Virus record (IMG/VR): IMGVR_UViG_3300042881_003247
Coordinates: 1-38,426 of that record
Direction: 5' to 3' (one strand)
DNA: 38,426 nt
Source of the DNA: a virus
Taxonomy: Duplodnaviria > Caudoviricetes
Below, piece after piece: positions 19,256-27,030 of the stretch. Each line of letters opens with the position of its first letter. The stretch's first letter is position 1. The notes under the pieces are model-generated. The model saw nothing but the letters and a program-made list of their open reading frames with translations, searched no databases and was not told the origin of the DNA. Position numbers and translations under genes: made by a program.

Positions 19256-19472
19256 TGCCAAACTATCGGCCAAAGTGCCCGAAGACCCGCATATTTACAG
19301 GCTTGGGCAGCTCTTTACAAATCAGGTGCACTACCGCTGTGCTATGCCGGCGAGCTATCAAATTCTTCTGACGGACGGTGCTGACAGCGTCCAACAACGT
19401 CCAACAAATACCCATCTTTCTGCCAAAGTTTCGGCCAAAGTTTTGCCAAACTATTTGACGCGCTGCCAAACT
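19256..19472. repeat. attP region with arm-type direct repeats (T/G)GCCAAA(C/G)T flanking the tRNA fragment
   Basis: Copies at 19256 and 19268 on the left, and 19421, 19433, 19444 and 19464 on the right. CGTCCAACAA occurs twice at 19388-19407. Confidence 0.7.
19315..19351 (-). pseudogene. 5' half of tRNA-Thr(UGU), likely the attP core
   Basis: Minus strand reads GCCGGCA-TA-GCAC-AGCGGTA-GTGC-A-CCTGA-TTTGTAA: acceptor 5' strand, D-arm, anticodon 5' stem and loop. It then diverges (no TCAGG, no T-arm) and lies 120 bp from the integrase. Confidence 0.85.
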
Positions 19473-19473
19473 C

Positions 19474-20589
19474 ATGCGAAAGCACGGCATGCACGCCATC
19501 AAAAGCAGCGGCATCTCCGGCCGTCTTTACACCACAACGGCCTCGCCGCGCTGGCAACTCAAGTTCTATCACCCAGGCATCCGCAAGCGGCAGCGCGTCT
19601 CGCTCGGCACTGAGAGTCTCGAGCTGGCCAAGGTGAAGGCCAAGGCGATCCTTGATGACATAGCGACCAAGGGCGTGGCTGCCCTCAAGGACCACGCCAT
19701 GCGCGCCACGGCGCTCCCGGTTGGCAAGGCTATTGATCATTACTTGCAGACCAGCAAAATCGCCAGCCGCCACGCCAATGTCAACTGCCTCCTCATCGTC
19801 CTGCGCACCGCGCTCGGCGGCGACAATGACGCCGTGCGAGCCAAGCCGCTTTCGGTGATCTCGCCCTTGCTTGTCGCCAAATACAAGGCCAAGTTCCAAG
19901 GCAGCGCCTACAGCGTGCGCACCAACCTCGCCTCGGCCCGCGCCATCTTCGCCCATCCGCTGGACTGGGAGGGCTTTGAGCTGCCGGATTCCATCGCCAA
20001 GTTCGCCGCGGCGACCAAGGGCATGAAGGCGCCGGTCTCGACCTTTATCCGCATCGCGCCAGAGACGCTGGAAAAGATGGACGCCAGCAGCAAGGCTATC
20101 GGCGGCGCCACCCGGCGCGCGTATTTACTAACTCGCTACCTGGGCATGACGCCCAAAGAGGTTGCCTACTGCCGCCGGGGCTGGATCGAAGACCGCGGCG
20201 ACCGGCACGTCATGGTGCTCATTGAGCGGCCCAAGGAGGAGCTGACGCTCAAGACTGGCCACAAGCGCGGGCGGGTCATGGCGCTGCCGCAATGGATGGT
20301 GCCGGAGTTGCTCGCCGCGGAGGACTTCATGGTTGTCGGCCGCACTGCTGGCACTCGGATGAAATTCATGGAGCGCAACTTCAACCTCTGGGTGCGCGAG
20401 TTTCTGCCAGACCGGCGCTCGGCGGCCTACGAGCTGCGCCGACAAGCCGGCTCCGACATGCTCAACGCCACCGGAAAGATCAGCGTAGTGCAGCACATGC
20501 TCGGCCACGCAAGCCCGCAGACAACGGCCAGATTTTACGCTGTCTACGACCGCGAGGTGGATGTCGCAGCGGTGTGGGATCAGCAATAA
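19474..20589 (+). CDS. int: Tyrosine integrase
   Basis: N-terminal arm-binding-like region, then 'YELRRQAGS' and 'MLGHASPQTTARFYA'; adjacent to attP. Confidence 0.85.
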   Translation: MRKHGMHAIKSSGISGRLYTTTASPRWQLKFYHPGIRKRQRVSLGTESLELAKVKAKAILDDIATKGVAALKDHAMRATALPVGKAIDHYLQTSKIASRHANVNCLLIVLRTALGGDNDAVRAKPLSVISPLLVAKYKAKFQGSAYSVRTNLASARAIFAHPLDWEGFELPDSIAKFAAATKGMKAPVSTFIRIAPETLEKMDASSKAIGGATRRAYLLTRYLGMTPKEVAYCRRGWIEDRGDRHVMVLIERPKEELTLKTGHKRGRVMALPQWMVPELLAAEDFMVVGRTAGTRMKFMERNFNLWVREFLPDRRSAAYELRRQAGSDMLNATGKISVVQHMLGHASPQTTARFYAVYDREVDVAAVWDQQ

Positions 20590-20804
20590 GCCGCTTCCCT
20601 GCGGCAAATATGCGCCTCAATCGCCGCAACCTCCTCGGCGAACGGCAGGACATCGAGGTCCGCGCACGCATGCCGCACGCAGCTATCGCTGAGGCACTGC
20701 CGGCGCATCATGGCGAAAAGCTCGGGGCTGTCGAAGCGACGGCCGGCGAGGCGCAGGCCGTCCCAAGGGAACGTGCCGGTGAGCAGGTAGTCGTGCTTGG
20801 TCAT
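20580..20804 (-). CDS. Hypothetical protein (last gene of the leftward lysogeny operon)
   Basis: ATGA-coupled to the upstream lipoprotein gene. Confidence 0.55.
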   Translation of the reverse strand: MTKHDYLLTGTFPWDGLRLAGRRFDSPELFAMMRRQCLSDSCVRHACADLDVLPFAEEVAAIEAHICRREAAYC

Positions 20805-21181
20805 CGCACCCACCTTTGCTGCTGCATGTACGCTCGCTGGGCGTCAGCCAAGATAAACACCACCCGCTCCGGGATCGGCGCGCCGGCGTTGTACTCCTTG
20901 TACTCCCAGTCGCTGTAGTCAGCCATCTCGGCGCGCAGGACGTGTGCCTGCTGGAAGTCGCGCCAGTTGCCTTCCGGTGTGGCCGGCAGCTTGATCACGC
21001 ACGGCGACACGCCGACCACCTCGTTGTTGTACTCGATGATGGCGCCTGGCGGCGACGTGACGACCTGCACCGGCATCATGCGGATGCCCTGGCGGACCAG
21101 CGGCTCAGGTGCGGTTTGGCAGCCGGCGAAGACCGCGGCCAAGGCCAGAGGAGCGGCGTGTCTAGCGATGGCGGCGGTCAT
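20801..21181 (-). CDS. PEGA-domain lipoprotein
   Basis: ATG at 21181, lipobox 'VFAGC', and 'VQVVTSPPGAIIEYNNEVVGVSP' PEGA-like motif. Confidence 0.7.
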   Translation of the reverse strand: MTAAIARHAAPLALAAVFAGCQTAPEPLVRQGIRMMPVQVVTSPPGAIIEYNNEVVGVSPCVIKLPATPEGNWRDFQQAHVLRAEMADYSDWEYKEYNAGAPIPERVVFILADAQRAYMQQQRWVR

Positions 21182-21354
21182 TCGGCAACCTCCAAGGGCA
21201 GCGCAAGCTGCGGGTCGGCGGCTTCTTTGCGGGCCAATTGGACAACATGCGCGTGCCGGATGACAAGCTCGGTCAGCTTGAGCGCGGCGGCCACGTCGTA
21301 ATCGTGGTCTGCGTTGAATGCGGCAGCGGTCTGGGCGATGGTTGTGATGTTCAT
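21178..21354 (-). CDS. Small hypothetical protein (MNITTIAQ...)
   Basis: First gene after a TTGACA promoter; ATGA-coupled to the lipoprotein gene. Confidence 0.6.
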   Translation of the reverse strand: MNITTIAQTAAAFNADHDYDVAAALKLTELVIRHAHVVQLARKEAADPQLALPLEVAE

Positions 21355-21364
21355 GGTTGCGGTG

Positions 21365-21409
21365 TGTTGGAATCTGTTGGCATTCTTTAGCATCTGTTGG
21401 CAATGTCAA
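21365..21409 (-). promoter_or_regulatory. Leftward promoter (TTGACA -35) overlapped by four 10-bp-phased TGCCAA-like repeats
   Basis: Minus strand reads TTGACA-TTGCCAACAGATGCTAAAGAATGCCAACAGATTCCAA. Confidence 0.6.
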
Positions 21410-21453
21410 CGCATTATTTGCAAAATAGCTGTTAGTCGTTCTAGAAGAGCCGC

Positions 21454-21711
21454 TTACTTGAGCGCTTTTTCCATCTTGTCGGCCATGCCGCCGACATTCC
21501 TCAAGATCATCGCCCGGAACTGCTCAGTGAGCGGGCCTCCGAAGGCGTCTTCGAGATCCATGTAAAACTCAAGCGCCACGGCGACATACTTGGCAGCCTT
21601 GTGGTCTGCGGCTGCGGCCCGCCGGTGCATGCGGTCATGCAGGTCGGTGCTGAGGTTGGCGAAGACGCCCTTGCGGGTGTCCTCTTTGTATCTGGCTTTC
21701 TTGGTGCTCAT
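21454..21711 (-). CDS. Ribbon-helix-helix (Arc/CopG-like) DNA-binding protein, probable repressor
   Basis: 'KGVFANLSTDLHDRMHRRAAAADHKAAKYVAVALEFY' fits the RHH pattern; it is divergent from the early operon. Confidence 0.6.
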   Translation of the reverse strand: MSTKKARYKEDTRKGVFANLSTDLHDRMHRRAAAADHKAAKYVAVALEFYMDLEDAFGGPLTEQFRAMILRNVGGMADKMEKALK

Positions 21712-21841
21712 AGGTGCTGGCGTGTGCCAATAGACTCCAACGGATGCCAAGGGATGTCAAATAGGGTTTTCACCCCATGCCAAGGAATGCCAAAAATAAT
21801 TCTTGCGCTATTGGCAGTCTTTGGCATTCTTTGGCCCAGTA
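21712..21841. promoter_or_regulatory. Divergent switch region with nine phased TGCCAA/TTGGCA boxes
   Basis: Boxes at 21725, 21735, 21745, 21755, 21778 and 21788; inverted boxes at 21811, 21821 and 21831. A leftward TTGACA lies at 21755-21760. Confidence 0.75.
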
Positions 21842-22036
21842 ATGCATGCCCACCTTGCACTGACTGTGAAACAAGTTGCCCGCGGAATGGGCGTTGGCGA
21901 ACGCGCCGTGCGCGCGTGGATCAAAAGCGGAGAGCTTCCGGCTTTCAACATCGGCCCGCACAAGGGCACGCGCATCTCGCGCCAAGCGGTGGAGAAATTC
22001 ATGGCGCAGCGAACTTTTAACCACGTTGCCAAGTAA
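21842..22036 (+). CDS. Excisionase/Cox-like winged HTH protein (HTH_17 type)
   Basis: 'LTVKQVARGMGVGERAVRAWIKSGELPAFNIG...RISRQAVEKFM' is the Xis-family signature. Confidence 0.8.
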   Translation: MHAHLALTVKQVARGMGVGERAVRAWIKSGELPAFNIGPHKGTRISRQAVEKFMAQRTFNHVAK

Positions 22037-22056
22037 TGCCAAGGTTTGCCTTTCTT

Positions 22057-22194
22057 ATGACACCACACCACACACCCACCCTGCTCGAAGTCTTGAGCTA
22101 TCTCACCGATCCGGTCTTCACGACTGTGATCGTTCTCACCATCGGCACGTTCGCCGCGCTGCAATTCATTAACAAGATCGGAGGCGCACGATGA
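22057..22194 (+). CDS. Small single-TM membrane protein (45 aa)
   Basis: Read by hand: MTTPHTPTLLEVLSYLTDPVFTTVIVLTIGTFAALQFINKIGGAR; ATGA overlap with the next gene. Confidence 0.5.
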   Translation: MTPHHTPTLLEVLSYLTDPVFTTVIVLTIGTFAALQFINKIGGAR

Positions 22195-22484
22195 TCGACC
22201 TCACAATCGACGCGCCGTATCACCCGGCCGCGCTGTGCGAGTGCGGAGATCCCGAATGCCTCGGACCCGCGGACGCCGTCATTCCGGTGGTTGAAGCGTT
22301 GGCTGCCACGCTGCCGCAGTTGCAGTCGCCGATGCTCAAGCTGATCAAGGAACGCAACGAGGCCCGCGAGCTGGTCAAGCGGATGCACGCTGCGGTCAAT
22401 GTTGATTCGGTCGGCGAGGAGTACTACTCGGCGATGCTGGAAGCACACCGCGCGATCATTGCTTGGAAGGGTGGTGCGAAGTGA
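22191..22484 (+). CDS. Hypothetical early protein (CECGDPEC motif)
   Basis: Coupled ORF preceded by a GGAGG RBS. Confidence 0.6.
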   Translation: MIDLTIDAPYHPAALCECGDPECLGPADAVIPVVEALAATLPQLQSPMLKLIKERNEARELVKRMHAAVNVDSVGEEYYSAMLEAHRAIIAWKGGAK

Positions 22485-22684
22485 GCCAGTCGGTCCGCAT
22501 CCCCAATCGCTTTGCCATGGAGCAAACCGGCGCCAAGCGCAAGGTCACCAAGAACGCGCTGATGGATCGCCCCGCAACGCGCAAAGACTCCGGCACCAAG
22601 GACACCGCCTTCCGCGGGCGCCGCAAGGCCAAGCGGGTGCGTGCGCGCAAGGCGCAGCGTCAAGCGAGGAGGGTGCAACGATGA
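22481..22684 (+). CDS. Highly basic small protein
   Basis: GTGA/ATGA overlaps on both sides; R/K-rich. Confidence 0.55.
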   Translation: MSQSVRIPNRFAMEQTGAKRKVTKNALMDRPATRKDSGTKDTAFRGRRKAKRVRARKAQRQARRVQR

Positions 22685-22899
22685 GCTACGAATTAGGCGA
22701 CCCAGACGACCGTTGCTGCGATGAGGGCCGCGAGGCTGACATCGAGGCGCGTGACGCGGATGACTGCAGCAAGGCTTACGGCGTGCCGCATGATCCCTAC
22801 GCGCATCGCACGCCGGAGGAAGACGCCGAGTGGGAAGCGGATAAGCGCTTGGAGTACGAGGCGGATCGCGTCTGCGGGCATCACTGGGGGAATTGTTAG
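22681..22899 (+). CDS. Small acidic hypothetical protein
   Basis: ATG at 22681 after GAGGAGG. Confidence 0.55.
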   Translation: MSYELGDPDDRCCDEGREADIEARDADDCSKAYGVPHDPYAHRTPEEDAEWEADKRLEYEADRVCGHHWGNC

Positions 22900-22901
22900 C
22901 C

Positions 22902-23510
22902 ATGAGAGTCCTCGTAGCCTGCGAGTTTTCCGGCGTCGTCCGCGAAGCGTTCGCGTCCCGCGGGCATGATGCTTGGAGCTGTGACTTGCTGCCGGCGGCC
23001 GACGGCGCCCGGAAACACATTCAGAAGGACATCGAGAGCGTGCTGCGCGCCTCAATCGACTGGGACATTATCATCGCCCATCCTCCCTGCACTTACCTGT
23101 GCTCGTCTGGCCTGCACTGGAACAAGCGCGACCCAGGGCGCCAAGAAAAGACCGAGGCAGCGCTGGCGCTGGTTCAGTGGTTCCTCGAGCTGCCCATCGA
23201 GCGCATTGCTGTTGAGAACCCGGTTGGCTGCATCTCAACGCGTATACGCAAGCCGGACCAGATCATCCACCCACACCAATTCGGCCACGACGCCAGCAAG
23301 GCGACCTGCCTGTGGCTGAAAAGTCTACCGGCGCTAAAGCCAACGCAATCGGTCGAGCCGCGCATCGTCAACGGTCTGCCGCGGTGGAGCAACCAGACCG
23401 ACAGCGGCCAGAACAAGCTGCCACCCTCGGAGAATCGCTGGGCCGAGCGAAGCAAGACTTACCAAGGCATCGCCGATGCGATGGCCGAGCAATGGGGAGC
23501 GCTCAACTAG
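22902..23510 (+). CDS. Short DNA cytosine-C5 methyltransferase-like protein
   Basis: 'VLVACEFSG' (motif I variant), 'IIAHPPC' (catalytic PC), 'VENP' (motif VI) and C-terminal 'RSKTYQGIADAMAEQWG'. Confidence 0.75.
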   Translation: MRVLVACEFSGVVREAFASRGHDAWSCDLLPAADGARKHIQKDIESVLRASIDWDIIIAHPPCTYLCSSGLHWNKRDPGRQEKTEAALALVQWFLELPIERIAVENPVGCISTRIRKPDQIIHPHQFGHDASKATCLWLKSLPALKPTQSVEPRIVNGLPRWSNQTDSGQNKLPPSENRWAERSKTYQGIADAMAEQWGALN

Positions 23511-23512
23511 CC

Positions 23513-23665
23513 ATGACCACCCACGACATCGACATGGTCACCGCATGGCTCGCCGCCCGCGACAACGAGAAGACCAGCGCCAAGGTGTATCACGGCGAGC
23601 GGCCGTGTTTGCCGGCGGCTGCCATGTTGGCGGTGGCTGAGCGTATCTGGAGGAAGCGCAAGTGA
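23513..23665 (+). CDS. Hypothetical protein
   Basis: ATG at 23513; GTGA overlap with the next gene. Confidence 0.45.
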   Translation: MTTHDIDMVTAWLAARDNEKTSAKVYHGERPCLPAAAMLAVAERIWRKRK

Positions 23666-23883
23666 TTAAGCCGCTCGCCCTCGCCACGGCATGCACATTG
23701 TTTGCCGGCTGCTCCGCGGCGTCTTGGCGGGCAACGGCGCCGCACAACACGCCGGCGAGCTGGGAGTACAACTACAAGCTCGAGGGCTGGTATGCGCTGC
23801 GGGACGGCTGGATGCGGATGACGGCGCCGCGTGGGTTTGAGTGGTGTGACCTTACGCAGTCTTACAGGGAGAGGTTGAGATGA
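23662..23883 (+). CDS. Small lipoprotein
   Basis: Signal peptide with lipobox 'LFAGC'. Confidence 0.55.
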   Translation: MIKPLALATACTLFAGCSAASWRATAPHNTPASWEYNYKLEGWYALRDGWMRMTAPRGFEWCDLTQSYRERLR

Positions 23884-24077
23884 GCGTGAAGATTAGAAAC
23901 CGAGAGATGCAGACATGGGCCTGCGCTGATTGCGGAACCATGGTGCTGGCCACATTGCAGCGCTGCCACATGTGCGGCTGCGAGGAGGCTGACTTTTCTT
24001 ACGCATACGATTCCCGCGTCAGCCCGGTAACTGGCATGGCTCGCAATCCATTCCGACATCACACCGATGACGACTAA
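23880..24077 (+). CDS. Zinc-ribbon protein
   Basis: CADC...CHMC motifs. Confidence 0.55.
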   Translation: MSVKIRNREMQTWACADCGTMVLATLQRCHMCGCEEADFSYAYDSRVSPVTGMARNPFRHHTDDD

Positions 24078-24447
24078 CACCATCAACCCCAAGACCGGCC
24101 TCCCGCGCTATCCCGCGGCGCTGTGCTATTGGAACACCGGCGGCAAGCGGTGGTTCTTCCAAAGCCGCGAGCCGAAGCTGACCGCGGTGCTGCGCACAAT
24201 CAAGGGCGCGCGGCCCTATCTCCGGTCTTGGCAAGGCGGACATTTGACGGCCTGGGCCATGGATTGCACGGCGACCAAGGCCAGAAGCGTAGTGCGGAGT
24301 CTGACCCGCGTGCTTAACGAGATCTCAGCCCATAGCAAGGGCGTTAAAATCGCGCAGGAGCCGCTTTGTTTGAGCGGGCGTGAAGGTGGCGAGAATGACC
24401 CGAATTGGGTGCGTCCGGCCGTGCTGCGTGGAGATGCGGAGGAATGA
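24067..24447 (+). CDS. Hypothetical protein
   Basis: Coupled ORF in the early operon. Confidence 0.5.
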   Translation: MTTNTINPKTGLPRYPAALCYWNTGGKRWFFQSREPKLTAVLRTIKGARPYLRSWQGGHLTAWAMDCTATKARSVVRSLTRVLNEISAHSKGVKIAQEPLCLSGREGGENDPNWVRPAVLRGDAEE

Positions 24448-24450
24448 TTT

Positions 24451-25035
24451 ATGGCGAGACCTAAAACACGATCAAAGCCCAAGGCTGGCGGACACCGAGT
24501 CAAGATCATCAAGGATGATGCAGGCAAGGAGCTGGTCAGCGTCCAGGGCCACACCGGCGAAGATGTGCCTCCGGGCAAGGTCGCTGAAATCCTCGCCGCG
24601 CACGTCTCAGGGATGCCGGCCACGCGCATCGCTCGAGCCTACAATACGAGTTACCATACGGTCATCGCGCTGATCCGCAATCGCCCCGAGGCGCTTGAGA
24701 AGGCCCGCCAGACGGCAGCCAACAATTGGAAGACTCTCGCAGCAGTCGGCACCGCGGAACTGCTTGATCGTGTGCCGGATATGAAGGACCACGGCTTGGT
24801 CATCATGTCGGCTGTGGCGTCCGAGAAGGCAGAGTTGTTGAGCGGCGGCGCAACCCAGCGTGTTGAGCACGTCATGGCTCCGGCGGCTGATGCCTGGGCC
24901 AGCTTTGTGAGCGGGCTGAAGAGCGACCAGGTCATCGATGTGCCGTTTGAACCGGTCGGCCCTCGGGAACCGGACGCGCAAAAGGCTGCGGAACTGCCAG
25001 ATCGTGCTGATAATGGCGATATCAGTAATGCGTAA
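24451..25035 (+). CDS. HTH protein, probable terminase small subunit
   Basis: HTH 'GMPATRIARAYNTSYHTV', then oligomerisation-like helices and 'LLSGGATQRVEHV'; followed by a non-coding G-run/AT-tract element. Confidence 0.5.
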   Translation: MARPKTRSKPKAGGHRVKIIKDDAGKELVSVQGHTGEDVPPGKVAEILAAHVSGMPATRIARAYNTSYHTVIALIRNRPEALEKARQTAANNWKTLAAVGTAELLDRVPDMKDHGLVIMSAVASEKAELLSGGATQRVEHVMAPAADAWASFVSGLKSDQVIDVPFEPVGPREPDAQKAAELPDRADNGDISNA

Positions 25036-25220
25036 GTGTTTGACCTGCAACAGCAACGAGGCATAACTCAATACAACATAGATCATTTAAAATCCGCAAA
25101 GAGATGAACATCACCACGCACATTCCTCTGTCCGACCGGGGAGGGGGCGGTCAGTCGTTCTGACTTTTCGCAACACCCCCGACCGCTTCAGTCTCCCGAA
25201 ATTTTTCACAAAAACACCTT

Positions 25221-25619
25221 ATGATCAAGCACATCCTGTCCGCCGCAAAGTCAACCATCAGTCAACCCATCAGTCAACCCGAGCCGGTCCCCTCGCCTGC
25301 GCCAGAAGCCAAGCCCGAAGCCATCCTCAAAGCCGCCCCACTGTCTGACCAGCAGCTCGCCGAGACTGTCGCCAAGCAGGTCGGCTACCAGCCCGGCGAC
25401 CAGGTGACCGGCGCAGTTCTCCCCAAGAAGATCCCCAACGGACGCCTGCTCTACGTCTCGGTGCCCGACTGGTCGGAGCCGGTGATCTGCTCAGTGCAGA
25501 ACGCCGCGGACTGGTCGGCCGGCGAGCGCATCAAGTGCGTGTACGTCAAGGCTGACGCCGAGGGTCGCCTCGTCTTCGAGAACCGCGACGGCATCCGCCG
25601 CAACCGGTGGCGCCGATGA
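25221..25619 (+). CDS. Hypothetical protein
   Basis: ATG after an A-rich leader; ATGA overlap with the initiator gene. Confidence 0.55.
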   Translation: MIKHILSAAKSTISQPISQPEPVPSPAPEAKPEAILKAAPLSDQQLAETVAKQVGYQPGDQVTGAVLPKKIPNGRLLYVSVPDWSEPVICSVQNAADWSAGERIKCVYVKADAEGRLVFENRDGIRRNRWRR

Positions 25620-26464
25620 GCGTAGCCGCCACCAACTACGTCTGGACCCAGTCGCCCGCGGAAGGCGCCGACCGGCTCGTCCTGCTGGCCTTGGCAGATT
25701 TCGCTGACGAGGCGGGCAACTGCTTCGGCTCATGGGGCAAGCTCGAGGAAAAGACCCGCCTCGCCCGCCGGACGGTTGCCGACTGCCTGCGCCGCCTTCA
25801 GAGGTCCGGCCAACTGGTTCTGGTGGAGCGCGGCAGCCGGAAGGTCGCCGGCAGTGGCCTGCAGGCCAGCATCTGGACCATCCCCGGTGTGGCCGAGATG
25901 GGTGCAGGAAATGCACCTAAGTCCGAGAGATGGGTGCAGGAAATGCACCCAAGTGGTGCAAATGCTGCACCTAAGTGGTGCAATTCCTGCACCCCAACAA
26001 TAGATAACAATAAGAAACGTAATAAAGGCGCTGACGCGCCAGCTCCGGCGATTTCATCGCCTTCGCATCTTTCTTCCTCGGAAGTAGCGGCACCCAAACC
26101 AAAACGCGCCACCGCTCCCAAATTCGACCCAGCATCCCTGCCCCTGCCTCACGGCCCAGGGTTCGCTGCGGTCTGGGTTGATCTGATTGAGCACAAGCGC
26201 CAAAAGCGATCGCCCCTCACTGAGATTGGCGCCCGCCGACTCCTTAAACAATTAGCCGAGTTCAACGAGCGCGATGCGGTTGAAAAGATGGAGCGCGCCA
26301 TCGTCAACAATTACTCCGGCGTCGTCTTCCCCGACGAGCTGCAGAAGCTGCGCCAACAGCGCCAGCCGATCCCCTTACCACCCCAAGGCCAACCCAAACA
26401 AACCGCCCTCGAGCGCAGCCTCGCCGAGATGCGCGAACAATTCGAGAAGGAGAACGCAGCGTGA
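25616..26464 (+). CDS. Phage replication initiator (N-terminal wHTH, lambda O-like organisation)
   Basis: 'RLVLLALADFADEAGNCFGS...LARRTVADCLRRL', internal iterons, and C-terminal 'WVDLIEHKRQKRSPLT...AIVNNYSGV'. Confidence 0.8.
   Translation: MSVAATNYVWTQSPAEGADRLVLLALADFADEAGNCFGSWGKLEEKTRLARRTVADCLRRLQRSGQLVLVERGSRKVAGSGLQASIWTIPGVAEMGAGNAPKSERWVQEMHPSGANAAPKWCNSCTPTIDNNKKRNKGADAPAPAISSPSHLSSSEVAAPKPKRATAPKFDPASLPLPHGPGFAAVWVDLIEHKRQKRSPLTEIGARRLLKQLAEFNERDAVEKMERAIVNNYSGVVFPDELQKLRQQRQPIPLPPQGQPKQTALERSLAEMREQFEKENAA
25901..26026. repeat. Replication origin: four 17-bp palindromic iterons plus an A-rich unwinding tract
   Basis: GGTGCA-N5-TGCACC at 25901, 25933, 25955 and 25977, then AACAATAGATAACAATAAGAAACGTAATAAA. 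Confidence 0.85.
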
Positions 26465-27024
26465 CGCAGCCGGTTTTATTTGCGCTAACCGATGGGGAGC
26501 ACTCTGAGGTTACGGAGGGCGCGGCGCCAACATCTTTCGACATTAGCCGAGTGGTTAGGGGTGCTATTACGGAAAGACTTTTTGAGGCTGCAGCGCTTTC
26601 TCGCGGGTGGGAAGTCGCAAGCAATATTGGTGGAGGCAAGGACTTCGATCACATCGTTAGAAAGCCGACACTCCGTCCAATTGTGGTTCAGATAAAACTG
26701 GCTAGTTGGGAAGAAAAAAACAACTCGTACAAAATTCACAACGCGACCCCGTCAGGTCTTTACTCAGCTCACGCTTACGACGTTATGGCCGCTTACTTGG
26801 AAAACTTGAACAAGTGGGTTTTTTACTCAAGACCTGAACTTGGCAACCGGATAAGCACAACGTACACGCCGCCACAGTCTCGCAAAAACGCTACCAAAAA
26901 AAGCGCACCAGACGCCCGCAACCCCGACAACTGGGAACTCCTTGACCAAGTGGCGGCTATGTATTCCCAAGAATCTTTAGGGGTCACCCAACAGATGTCC
27001 CACCCCATCCTTAATACTCCTTAA
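26461..27024 (+). CDS. PD-(D/E)XK endonuclease (homing-endonuclease-like)
   Basis: 'GAITERLF...DFDHIV...VVQIK...YDVMAAY'; visibly more AT-rich than its neighbours. Confidence 0.65.
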   Translation: MTQPVLFALTDGEHSEVTEGAAPTSFDISRVVRGAITERLFEAAALSRGWEVASNIGGGKDFDHIVRKPTLRPIVVQIKLASWEEKNNSYKIHNATPSGLYSAHAYDVMAAYLENLNKWVFYSRPELGNRISTTYTPPQSRKNATKKSAPDARNPDNWELLDQVAAMYSQESLGVTQQMSHPILNTP

Positions 27025-27030
27025 ATATTT

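Noticed and set aside
19275-19351. Complete tRNA gene
   Set aside because: There is no 3' anticodon stem, T-arm or acceptor 3' strand after the anticodon loop; only a half gene is present.
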